Assembly (NCBI RefSeq): GCF_006345805.1
Contig: NC_043010.1
Location: 26,784,001-26,848,000 of the forward strand
DNA: 64,000 nucleotides
Reading direction: 5' to 3'
From: Octopus sinensis
Lineage: Eukaryota
Under the pieces are notes generated by a model. It did no database searches, had not been told where the DNA came from, and saw only the letters and a program-made list of their open reading frames with translations. Positions 38,661 through 50,360 of this stretch are shown here, piece after piece (position 1 is the stretch's first letter; every line of letters begins with the position of its first letter). A program made the translations under genes and the position numbers.

Positions 38661-38820
38661 TGATGATGATGATGATGATATGTGTATATAGTACACAGTA
38701 AGATAGGGGTTATGAGGGTATCCCACTATGGGGTATCAGTTATCCAATATACTGCTGATATATATATATATTAAAATTATATGTGCATATATGTAAATAT
38801 TCATTTGTTGTATATATATA

Positions 38821-38850
<30 letters not shown>

Positions 38851-38857
<7 letters not shown>

Positions 38858-39046
38858 ATATTTTGGAATGGTCATTTTGCCAGTTTAGCCAATAAAATCA
38901 CACGCACTATATATTTGGTGTTACTTTGCTTCAGTGTTATTTATTTTTTACATTAATCTTAATCTTATTTTGGCCAGAGTTCTTTCGACACACTCCTGTG
39001 ACCGCATCAGTGGTCCTTTGTTTTCTTCTTTCTTATTTGTGTCTCT
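38851..39046 (-). repeat. Left arm of ~197-bp inverted repeat, hammerhead-like motif (family D) at 38974-39013
   Basis: Reverse complement of 42842-43038. Confidence 0.9.
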
Positions 39047-39079
39047 CCTTACTAATCGTTAGTAAGGAGAGACACAAAT

Positions 39080-42000
39080 GGTTGGTTGACATCCTTTCTG
39101 TCTCGGGAGACAATGGAGTTGCGCATAAAGTAGTCTAGTCCGGCTTTTATATTTCATGTCCTGATACATTTCCTGCTGTGGCTGTGTAGTCCTATCCTGG
39201 ACAAACACTCCCTCTGGCAGGTACCGCAAATGTAGCGAAGACTGTTCCTGGCTGGTTGTAGTGCCATAGTCTCTTGTTAACGTCTCTTCCTTTCTTTCCA
39301 TTTCTCCTCTCTCTCTCTGTCACTCCTTTGTATTCCCTCTTTTACGGTACGTCGCCATTCTCCACGGTTGCCGGCAACTGCCTCCCAACCGCTAATATTG
39401 ATGTTGCAGGCCTTCATGTCCCTTTTGCAAACATCCTTGTAACGTAAGATCGGTCTACCCACAAACCTAGTACCCCTAGCAAGCTCTCCGTAGAGTATGT
39501 CCTTGGGGATTCTGCCATCTTTCATATGGCTAACATGCCCAAGCCATCTCATACGTCTTTGTGTGAGGAGTGCAAACATGCTTGGTATTCCTGCTTGCCT
39601 GAGGACATCTTTGTTGGGGATATGATTCTGCCATTTGATGCGGAGGATTTTTCGGAGGCAGCGCAGGTGAAAGATGTTTAGGCGACGCTCTTGGCGTGTG
39701 TATAGCGTCCAGGTCTCACTTCTATACAGTAGAGTGCTGAGTACACATGCCTGGTAGATCTTCATTTTCGTGGTCTTGGTCAGCTTATTGTTGTCCCAAG
39801 CCCGTTTGGAGAGTTGGGCCATCGCAGCAGCTGCCTTACCAATGCGTATATTGAGCTCAGCGTCAAGGGATAGGTTGTAGGTGACGGTAGAGCCCAGATA
39901 GGTAAACTTCTCCACCTCTTGTAATCTGTGGTCTCCAATATGTATGTTTGGGATGTCCGATGTAGCCTGGCCCATGATGTTGGTCTTCTTAAGGCTGATA
40001 GCTAAGCCAAAGTCGTTACATGCTTGCTCAAAACAGTTAATGAGCCTTTGGAGGGCTTCTTCTGTGTGTGTTACCAGAGCGGCATCATCATCAAATAACA
40101 TCTCCTTGACCAGGACATTTCTGATTTTGGTCTTGGCACGCAGGCGCGAGAGATTGAACAGTTTCCTGTCACTTCTACTGTGCAGAAACACTCCATCATC
40201 TGATGTCTGAAAGGCATGTGAAAGTAAGAGCGAGAAGAAGATGCCAAACAATGTAGGAGCGAGGACACAACCTTGCTTTACCCCGTTTTTTTATTTGGAA
40301 GGCGGCTGATGTTGAACCGTTGTGCTGTATGGTGCCTTGCATGTCATCATGGAAAGACTTGATGATCCTCAGCAGCTTTGGTGGACATCCGATTTTTTGG
40401 AGCAGGATGAAGAGGCCTGTTCTGCTTACCGAGTCAAAAGCCTTTGTTAGATCAATGAAGGCCATATATAATGGCATTTTCTGCTCTCTTGGCGTATGGA
40501 GAATATCATATCGATAGTTGATCTGCTTCTTCTAAAGCCACACTGCGATTCCGGATTGATTCGAGAAGCAAGTAGTTGTGGCCTGGCCAGGATAACGCAG
40601 GCAAAGGTCTTTCCAACAGTGCTTAGAAGGGATATACCACGGTAATTGTTACAATCACCACGGTCACCTTTGTTTTTGTAAAGCGTAATGATGTTAGCAT
40701 CCTGCATATCCTGAGGGACTGTACCCTCTTCCCAGCACTGACACAGAAGCTCATGAAGGTGCCGAAGCAGGATGGTGTTTTTGCCGGCTTTGATGATCTC
40801 TGAGGGGATGCCGTCTTTTCCCGGAGCCTTATTTCTTGCTAAGGAGTCAACAGCCTTGGTGAGCTCTGCTATAGATGGCGGACTGTCAAGTTCGCACATG
40901 ACTGGCAAGATCTTGACACTCTCGACTGGCGGTGTTGATGCGTGGTCGGCTCACTTTCTTGGAGCGATGGACTTTTTTAGGCAGAATCCTCACCCTACTT
41001 CTAATTAGTGAGTGGTCTGTGGTAACTGCGGGTCAATAGAGTAGAATTCAGAAAGGATCTCCGTGTAATGATGAGATCCAGCTGATGCCAGTGGTGAGAT
41101 CTTGGATGTTTCCAGGATGCCTTGTGGGATGGCTTGTTGGTAAAGAATGTGTTTGTGATGCACAGGTTGTGGTATGTGCAGAATTCAAGTAGTCTCTGAC
41201 CATTGTCATTCATGTTGCCAATACCAAAGTGTCCAACACAAATGGGCCACGAATCATGGTCAGATCCCACGTGAGTGTTAAAATCCCCTAGAAGGTAGAT
41301 ATTTTCAGTCGTTAGTATATTTTCCATGACACAGTTGAGATCTTTGTAGAACTGGTCCTTGGTCTCCTCTGAGCTGTAGAGAGTGGGAGCATAGATGCTG
41401 AGTAGATGTACTGAGCCAGAAGAAGTCGAGAAGCGCAGTGAGAGGATACGCTCAGTGCCTCCGAGAGTAGTGAGTTTCTCACTGCAAAGCCAATGCCATG
41501 TTGACGAAGTTCTTCTGGATCTCTTCCCTGCCAAAAGAAGGTGAAATCCTGCTCTTTGAGTTTGCCGTTTGAGAGAAGTCTTGTCTCCTGCAGCCCAGCA
41601 ATATCTATGTTGAGCCTCTTTAGTTCACGGTCAATGATGGCCGTTTTCCTTGTGTCTTCAATCCTGAGAAGATCATCAGATATTCCAGGACACATGGTCC
41701 TGACATTCCAGCTTGCCAACCGCAGAACTGGTGTTTTCTTGACTTTTAGTTGCTTGCCTGGTGCAGAGGTTGCAGGCCGCTTTTCGAATCATACTCTTAG
41801 CTCCAAGCACCCAATGGAGCAGGCGGCTTGTGGCGGGTCAGCACCTTATTAACTGGGGGCTTCCCAGCTTGAGGTGGGCAGTAGCTAACCAATAGGACAC
41901 AGAGGTCCCTCCCACCATCAGAGGTAACCCGTAGCGCCCATATTTTACGCCAATCTGAATGGACTTATCACTCGTGACTGTTACCTCCTGTGTTGTTTCT

Positions 42001-42330
42001 GCAGCTTTTTACAGCAGCACTGAAGTGTCCTCTCCAGTTTTGCGCAGGCCTGGGCTATAGATAAGAAAGTCCTGGGTAGCCCAATCGTCAGGTTTCCTCT
42101 CTCGACCTTGCTGATGTAGTCCAGTGGAGTGCAGTGCATTACGTTTGGCACCAGCTTGGTTGCAGGAGCTGCCGGAAGAGTGTCGAGTCAAACACTAGAC
42201 CGCCTTCGGGGCTCCACTCCGGATTCCTTTGAAGGTTGTCTCCTTTCCGTAACCCTGGATAGGGGCCCATACCGGGTACTGTCAGCCGGAGCCAGCTGAG
42301 CCCGGAACTCGTGTCGTCACTCCCTGAAGT
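39080..42330 (-). mobile_element. RTE-BovB-like LINE with internal deletion and frameshifts
   Basis: ASWNVRTM, LGDFN, QLDLIIT (EN); KAPGKDGIP, YRGISLL, QCGFR, FIDLTKAFDSV, LFDDD, YLGS, RWLGHVSHM (RT); short (CAAC) tail at 39080-39090; EN-RT linker is largely missing near 40910-41000. Confidence 0.95.
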
Positions 42331-42589
42331 AGTGAAGAAGTTTGCTACCCACTACCTTTTCAAGTAATATTAAATTATTATTAGATTTTTCATTCTTTTG
42401 CCTACGTTTATTTTATATGTTTATTTTCAACCACTAATATTCATCATCAGCAGCAGCAGCAGTTGTAGTAGCAGCAGTTGCAGTAGCAGCAGCAATATCA
42501 CTATCAGCAGTAGCAGAGGCAGTGGTAATAGCAGTAGTTATGGCAGCAGCAGCATTTTGCTTCGCTTCGTTTCATAGGGACAAGGGAGG

Positions 42590-43038
42590 GAAGTTAAGAG
42601 AGGGTGGGAAGGGGAGAGAATAGAGAGATATCCGGTATTGGTGGTGGGGGTGGGTTTGGGCGGGCGCACAACGAACAGGTCGGTTGGAATTAAGGGACGA
42701 TGGTTAGAATTAACGAAATTCTAAGGGGTTGTCAGCGATGAGAGCATTTAAAACACGGCAGCAAGCTGTCAGTACTGAAAACATTTAAGATATTAGGAGT
42801 GGAATAGAGAGGGAGAAGAAAGAGAAAAATGTTCTTAGCTTAGAGACACAAATAAGAAAGAAGAAAACAAAGGACCACTGATGCGGTCACAGGAGTGTGA
42901 CGAAAGAACTCTGGGCAAAATAGAGATTAAGATTAATGTAAAAAATAAATAACACTGAAGCAAAGTAACACCAAATATATAGTGTGTGTGATTTTATTGG
43001 CTAAACTGGCAAAATGACCATTCCGAAATATAACAATA
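42590..43038 (+). mobile_element. Penelope-like terminal region; right arm of inverted repeat with hammerhead-like motif at 42875-42914
   Basis: CCA-CTGATGC-G-GTCAC-aggagt-GTGAC-GAA-AG-aa-CT-C-TGG. Confidence 0.55.
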
Positions 43039-43075
43039 TCTGTTTCAACACACAACTTCACATAAAAAATCTTGC

Positions 43076-43124
<49 letters not shown>

Positions 43125-43452
43125 ATATATTTGTAATTATGTACTTTCTGTGTATATCCCAGAGCAAATCTAGATCTGGGATTATTCAATACATTTTTGC
43201 TTGTTTTTTTGTCTATTGTCTTTTCTGCTGGTGCTGTATGGCTACTTGATGTGGTTTTAGAGTCAAGTTTTGACTGCTATCTCTACCATGGTGGTATCCT
43301 TTAGATACCTTTAATTATAATCTTAATAGTAATTATTACCTATAAGGTTTTTATTTCCTGCAAATATTTCCTGCTTTGGTACTTGGATGTTAACTTATCA
43401 TGGAAAACACTGAACACCCAAGCACCAATCTCATTATTATAATTATTACTAC

Positions 43453-43511
<59 letters not shown>

Positions 43512-43512
<1 letters not shown>

Positions 43513-44064
43513 GTTTGAGTGAGAGAGCAGTTCATGCCATCAAAGTGACACTGGGGTAAAATATACGAAGCCCAATATACCCATCATGACTACCCGTCTG
43601 ATAAGGGTACACCAGGCACATGCATCACAACCATATGTGCGCGACATGGTGATCTCATATCAAGATAAACAGCACATGACCTTGCAGGTGGGGCCCAGTT
43701 AGAATTTTCTTCAGGTTGAGTAGCCCATCCCGCTCAAAAGGTCCCTGAATAAGGGTTGTTTAAGGATGTTGAAAGAACCACCCATGTTTCCAGAGGTGAA
43801 TTATTCAAACCCCAAAGAATCCCTCTCAACACATGGCTATGATGCTCCCCCACTACTTCTGCTCGTGATCAGAGATGCACATATCGTCAGCCACTAAGGG
43901 ACATGCTCAACTGGTTAAAGTCAAACACTGACAAGCAAATCTGTGGTATTGAGCAGAATATTTGCTGTAGCCCATCTTTTATACCAAGACAAAACAATGT
44001 ACATGATAACACTTCCAATCAGTTAAGATCAGAAGCCATGAGAGCCACTGCCTGGTACTGCATC
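43512..44064 (-). mobile_element. ~550-bp non-coding element embedded in (AAT)n
   Basis: Second copy of 26971-27501; flanked by (ATT)n on both sides. Confidence 0.85.
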
Positions 44065-44083
44065 TATTATTATTATTATTATG

Positions 44084-44137
<54 letters not shown>

Positions 44138-44324
44138 ATTAATATTATTATTATTATTATTATTATTATTTTTATGATTATGATTATTATTATTATTATT
44201 ATTATTATTATTTTTATGATTATGATTATTATTATTATTATTATTATTATTATTTTATCGTTATATTTCGGAATGGTCATATTGCCAGTTTAGCCAATAA
44301 ATCTTGCACAACAAATATTTAAAC

Positions 44325-44359
<35 letters not shown>

Positions 44360-44474
44360 ATTATTATTATTATTATTATTATTATTATGATTATGATTAT
44401 TATTATTATTATTATTATTATTATGATTATGATTATTATTATGATTCTTCTTCTTCTTCTTATTATTATTATTA

Positions 44475-44515
<41 letters not shown>

Positions 44516-44540
44516 CATTATTATTATTATTATTATTATT
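44065..44540. repeat. Long (ATT)n microsatellite with an embedded family D end fragment (44257-44310)
   Basis: Direct reading; cgttatatttcggaatggtc...gccaataaa matches 38855-38895. Confidence 0.95.
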
Positions 44541-44542
44541 AA

Positions 44543-44760
44543 AGGCGGTGAGCTGACAGAAATGTTAGCATGCTGGGCAAAATGCTTAGTGGTATTTCAT
44601 GTGTCTTCATATTCTGAGTTCAAATTCTGCCAAGGTCAACTTTGCCTTTTATCCTTTCAGGGTCAATGAATTAAGTATCAGTTGTATACTGGACTCGATC
44701 TAATTGACTGGCCCCCCCTCTCTAAAAATTTCAGGCCTTGTACCTAGAGTAGAAAAGAAT
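44543..44760 (+). mobile_element. tRNA-derived SINE family 3
   Basis: ggcggtgagctgacagaa head, gagttcaaattc B box, tttcaggccttgtacctagagtagaaaag tail. Confidence 0.85.
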
Positions 44761-44799
44761 TAGTGAGGATCTACATCTTCAGACATAAATATGTTGCTG

Positions 44800-45153
44800 T
44801 TCTGTATTTTAGAGATGAGGAATTATGTACATTATTTACATTGGACAGATAGGGGTCTTCACCTTGTTTGCTGTTACCACACGGGCATATAGCAGAGTAG
44901 TTAAGAGTGCAGGCTACTAACTTCAAGATTCCGAGTTCAATCCCAGTCAGACTTGAATAAGTAATGATAATAACATCAACAAAATTGTACATTAGGAATG
45001 AGAACAGAGTACCCCATTAAGTCAAATAAAGGGCTGGATTTGAAATTCCACCAGGACACCTGATGAAGGCTGGAGAGTAAATCAGCCAAAACTTTGTGAT
45101 AACAACAAACAAGGTGAGGACACCTCTCCGTCCAATGTAAATAATGGATAAAT
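44800..45153 (+). mobile_element. tRNA-headed element with family B hammerhead motif and inverted tail copy at its 5' side
   Basis: A box TAGCAGAGTAG, B box GAGTTCAATCC (44883-44951); CAC-CTGATGA-A-GGCTG..CAGCC-aAA-ACtT-T-GTG at 45057-45098; 44827-44882 is an inverted copy of 45094-45150. Confidence 0.7.
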
Positions 45154-45615
45154 ATATTGCATCAGTGAAGGAATGCTGAACAGAACCTGCCAGAAATTGC
45201 AGCCGAAATTTTCTTTCAGTCACATCTTAAAAGGGAAGGGTCAATTGGATAATGTTGTTCTGGATGCAGACACTCTTGTTTCATCACATCCCATCTCTGT
45301 TGGCCACTTGTCCCTGGGATGGACGTGAGGGCAGTTTCCTTAAGCACACTTTATATTGGGTCCTGTCACAAGCAGCTGTTTCCAGTTGACCCAGCTGGAT
45401 CCTCAAGCAAGACCAACCAAGCTCATGGATGTTATCCAATCAACAGTCAACCCCTGGGTCACCTGCTAGTTGGTTTTGCCTGTAAAACCTGTTCAGTGAG
45501 TTCCTTTCCACCCTCTTTATCAAGCTTGCTTGGTAGGGTTGCCAGCAGTCCTACCATGTGTAATGCTGTACTGGATTACATTATTGGTAGCTCTAAGAGT
45601 GACCTGACATAATAT

Positions 45616-45652
<37 letters not shown>

Positions 45653-45666
45653 GACATATACATATA

Positions 45667-46924
45667 TTAGGTTGTCAGGTAAGTTCTTGCATTTTTTAAC
45701 CTTTAAAATCAGATGCACATATCTCGGCTCAAACAAAACTTTATTAATCGAAATAAACACCATCAGAATCAACACACTTTTGCCAACGCAAAACTAGTTT
45801 ATTTATGCAGTAGCATAAAAATTCTGCTTTCTGGTGGCGATGAAGTCATTGAAGGTGTGTTTGGCATTGTCTTCAGTTTTGAAGCATTTCTCATGCAGGA
45901 AGTTGTCGAGATGCTTGAAAAAGTGTTAGTCGGTAGGCGAGAGGTCTGTTGAGTATGGCAGATGAGTTTTGTAGCCCAATTTGTTTAACTACTGCAGGGT
46001 CAGTTGTGCGACATGTGGCCGAGTGTTGTCGTGGAGAAGAATTGGTCTTTTTCTATTGACTAATGTTGGCTGTTGTTGTCGGAGTTTCTTATGCATTTCA
46101 TCCATTTGCTGACAGTACTTCTCTGCCATAATGTTTTCATCTGGATCCAAAAAGTTGTGACGGATGAGACTGGCCGCAGACCACAAAACAGTCACCATGG
46201 CCTTCTTTTGGGGCAACTTTGGCTTCAGGAAGTGCTGTGGAGCTTCATCGGCGTCCAGCCACTGAGCTGAGTGTCACCAGTTGTCATGAATAATCCACTT
46301 TTCATCACAAGTCACAATCTGGTTGAGAAATGGATCCTTCTTGTTGTGTAAAAGAAGGGAAGATGACACTTCAAAACAGCTTTTTTTTTAGTTGTCGTTC
46401 AATTCATGTGGCACCCATTTCTGAAGTATTTTTGTTTTTCCAATCTCTTTCAAGTGGTTGGAAATTGTCATACACGTTACGTCTAATTCAGAAGCAAGCT
46501 CTCAAACAGTTGTGTGTGGATTGGCTTCGACTAAGGGCCTTAGTTGATTGATGTCCGACCACTATGCTTATCATCTTAAAGACTCTCATCACCACTACGA
46601 AATTTCTTGAACCACCATTGTTCCACACATTCATTAGTGGTTCCTGGGCCAAATGCATCGTTGATATTGTGAGCTGTTTCAGCAGCTTTTCAGCCTAGCT
46701 TGAAATGGAATAAGAAAATTGTGCGAATTTGCTTTTGTCCACGTTGTATTCAACATTCCAGAAAAATGGCTTAATTATTCAAAAAGAAAAAGAGTAACAT
46801 GATTAGATAGAGTGAAAAATGGACTTTAAAATGATATATAAAGTAATTTAATGAAAATTAATTTGAAAATACATCATTTAAAACCAAAATTAAAAATTCC
46901 GCAAGAACTTTCTTGACAACCTAA
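45667..46924 (-). mobile_element. mariner, cecropia/Hsmar1-like, full length (1258 bp), decayed
   Basis: 24-bp TIRs ttaggttgtca...ttcttgc (22/24), TA flanks; IVTCDEKW, KKAMVTVLWSAASLI, ILLHDNTRPHVAQ. Confidence 0.95.
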
Positions 46925-46933
46925 TACATATAC

Positions 46934-47062
46934 ATCCAGTTGTAGAAACTTTGCCAGATCAGATTGAAGCCTGGTGTAGCCTTCTGGCTCACCAGCCCTC
47001 AGTCAAACCGTCCAACCCATGCCAGCATGGAAAGCAGATGTTAAATGACGACGATGATGATG
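46934..47062 (+). mobile_element. RTE LINE 3' tip
   Basis: cccatgccagcatggaaagcagatgttaaatgacgacgatgatg terminus. Confidence 0.85.
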
Positions 47063-47068
47063 TATATA

Positions 47069-47305
47069 TTGAGTTGGTTCATAATTATTGTGGCTTTTTT
47101 CAACAAAAGCAATAACAATATGTAACAAAAACATCTTTAAATGATTATTCCAGAGCATATTCACCATCTACTTCAGTTACTGCTTCCCCATTTGCTTGGC
47201 AGATGGTTAAACTGTCATTGAAAGATGTTTTTGTTGAATATTGTTATTGCTTTTGTTGAATAAAATTTGTTGAAGAAAAGCCGCAATTATTATGCACCAA
47301 CCCAA
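47069..47305. mobile_element. mariner-derived palindromic MITE (237 bp)
   Basis: ~30-bp TIRs with TA flanks, internal IR 47099-47144/47214-47260, transposase C-terminal remnant NHLPSKWEAVTEVDGEY on the minus strand. Confidence 0.9.
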
Positions 47306-47342
47306 TATATAGCAAGAAAGAGATACTTATAGACACACACAC

Positions 47343-47373
<31 letters not shown>

Positions 47374-47374
47374 A

Positions 47375-47463
<89 letters not shown>

Positions 47464-47591
47464 TATATGTATGTACATACATGTACAGTTATGTGTGTGC
47501 ATGAATATATAATGCATGCACATATGCCTCACACACACACACATACATACACATACATTATTGTTGTTGTTGTTGTTGTTATTACTGTTAA

Positions 47592-47645
<54 letters not shown>

Positions 47646-48834
47646 CATTATTATTATTATTATTACTATTATTATTTTTATTATTAAACTGCAAATGTTT
47701 ATCTTATGGATTCTCAGCTGGAAATAGCAACCAGGTTATCTCTGATAACTTCAAACAATCTCCACCCTGGGCCCATAACATATTTCCCAGAGCCAGCTTA
47801 ATGATCTGTTTACTATATTGGAGCATCAGAAGAGTTTGTTGTCAAACACTTATTGTGGTTGCTGTCTGTTGTTAGTTGGGTTAATCTCAACAACAACAAC
47901 AGCAGCAGTAGCTGCAACAGCAACAGAAGCAGCAGCAGCAACAACAACAACTACCAGAAGAGCAGCAGTGGCAACAAGACTAACAGTGACAGCTACAACA
48001 ATGATGACAACAACAAGACAATATTAAGTCCCCCCCCCCTTAACAGAAGATTCCATTTTTTCTAAGGTAGCATACTTAACTTTGTTACACACAGACATGC
48101 ACACACAGACTCACACAGACACACAAAAACAGACTCACACAAACACACACACAAAATCACACACACACACACACAAACATAAACATACAAAATCACAAAC
48201 ACACACTCACACACAAAATCACGCACACACACACACAAGCACACACAGACTCACACACAAAATCACACACACACACACAAACACATACAAGCACACACAC
48301 AAGCACACAAACACAAACACACACACACAACAGACATACATTTACTTATCATTGCACATTTTCACCCTCATCCAATGCCAGGAATTTATCCCAAACATGT
48401 CCAATAAATAATGGTTTCCGATTGAAGCATTAGGCCAGCAATTTTGAGGGGAGGGGCTTAGTGCATACCATCAACTCCAATATTTGACTGCTACTTTATT
48501 TCATCAACCCTGAAAGGATAAAAAGCAATGTTGGCTCCAGCAGAATTTGAACTCAAAACATAAAGAGCCAGAGTAAACACTCTAATGATTCTGCTTAATT
48601 GGTTTTAATTAAGGCATAAGGTGTAAGGCGGCAGTGGGCTGGCACAAAATGCTTAGTGGAATTTCTTCTGATCTTACAATCTGAGTTCAAATTCCACCAA
48701 AGACTACTTTGCCTTTTGCCCTTTCCGGGTCAATAAAATGAGCAACAGTTGGGCACACGGGAGTGAATATAATTGACCAGTCACTCTGCTGAAATTGCTG
48801 GCTTTGTGCTGAAATTTGAAACCAATAATATGAA

Positions 48835-49440
48835 CATGACTGGCTCTTGTGCCCCTGGCATGTAAAAAGCACCATCCAGATGTGGTCAATGCCAGTGCCG
48901 CTTGACTGGCACCCGTGCTGGTGACACATAAAAGACACCATCCAAGTGTGGTTGATGTCACTGCCACCTAACCAGCACTTGTGCTGGTGGCACGAAAAAG
49001 GCACTATCTGAGCATAATCAATGTCAGTGCTGCCTGACTTGCACCCATGTTGGTGGTATGTAAAAGGCACCATCCAAACTTGGTTAATGCCAGTGCCGCC
49101 TGACTGGCAACCATGCTGGTTGCACATAAAAGGCACCATCCAAACGTGGTCGATGCCAATTCCGCCTGACTGGCACCCATGTTGATGGCACATAAAGGGC
49201 AACATCCGAACATGGTCGATGCAGTACCACCTGACTGACACCCGTGCTGGTGGCATGTAATAAGCACCCACTACACTCTTTGAGTGGTTGACATTAGGAA
49301 GGGCATCCAGCTGTAGAAACCTTGCCAGATCAGATTGGAGCCTGATGCAGCCTCCTGGCCTAACCCTAACCCTAACCCTCAGTCAAACTGTCCAACCCAT
49401 GCAAGCATGGAAAGTGGGTGTTAAATGATGATGATGACTA
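48835..49440 (+). mobile_element. RTE LINE 3' UTR copy with six ~66-bp tandem units (48870-49264)
   Basis: Unit starts at 48870, 48936, 49002, 49068, 49134, 49200; standard terminus and (GAT)n. Confidence 0.9.
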
Positions 49441-50360
49441 GACAGCAAGCTGACTGAATCATTACTATGCCAGACAAAATACTTTGTGACATTTCTTTTT
49501 AGTTCAAATACTGTCAAGGTGGACTTTGCCTTTTGTATTTTCGGGTTCAATCAAATAAGTACCAGTTGATGTAATCAGGGTTTGGTGTAATCAAATAGTC
49601 CCCTTTCCTCAAAATTCCTGGCCTTGTGACAAAATTTGAGACCAATTTAGGCATAAGGCCAATAATTTTGAGTAAAGGAGGGACACATTGATAATGTAGT
49701 CCCTTAATACACTAAGTCTAGGAAAAGAAAAAGCAGGATGTTCATGGCTGGAATACCTTTTGCCTTAATTTTACTCCATTATTTATTACCTTCCACCCAC
49801 TCACCCATCATCACCCCTCACTCTCCCATCCTCTCTTGCACTTTCTACCCACCCACACTCTCAGTTCCTCTGTCCCCACTCACTTCTGCTCATCTCATCC
49901 CCTACTGTTCTTATCTCTTCCCTGCTTCACCCCAATCCCTGCCATTCTCTCTTCTAAAATGTGAGTACCCATGTAGCTCCTCTGCAGCAAGAAATCTCTT
50001 CTGTTCTGACCCCTTCTATCCTCCTGCTTTAAATCCCTCGTCTCCCTTAGCCTTTTGACAACTTCACCTCCCTCAGGGTTCGTAGTTTTCATAGCTGCAG
50101 CGTGACCTCACTGGTGCTGGTGCCATGAAAAAAGCACCCAGTGGATGCTGTAAAGTGCTTGATGTTAGGAAGGGCATCCAGCTGTAGAAACCATGCCAGA
50201 GTAGGAATTGGAGCCTGATGCATTCTTTTGATGTATTGGATCCTGTCAAACTGTCCAACCTATGCCAGCACAGAACATGGTACTTAAATGATGATGATGA
50301 TGAGGAGGAGGAGGAGGAGAATGATGATGATGATGAGAGGAGGAGGACTTGTATTATATA

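Noticed and set aside
42000-42345. HDV-like ribozyme expected in an RTE 5' UTR
   Set aside because: GC-rich and structured-looking, but I could not assign P1/P1.1/P2/P3 by eye; needs an RNArobo/Infernal search
44883-44951. tRNA gene
   Set aside because: A/B boxes are present but there is no full cloverleaf or acceptor stem; treated as a SINE head, as are the other tRNA-like heads
48870-49264. CRISPR-like regular array with hairpins
   Set aside because: Units are contiguous diverged copies with no unique spacers, there are no cas genes, and the array is part of a LINE 3' UTR
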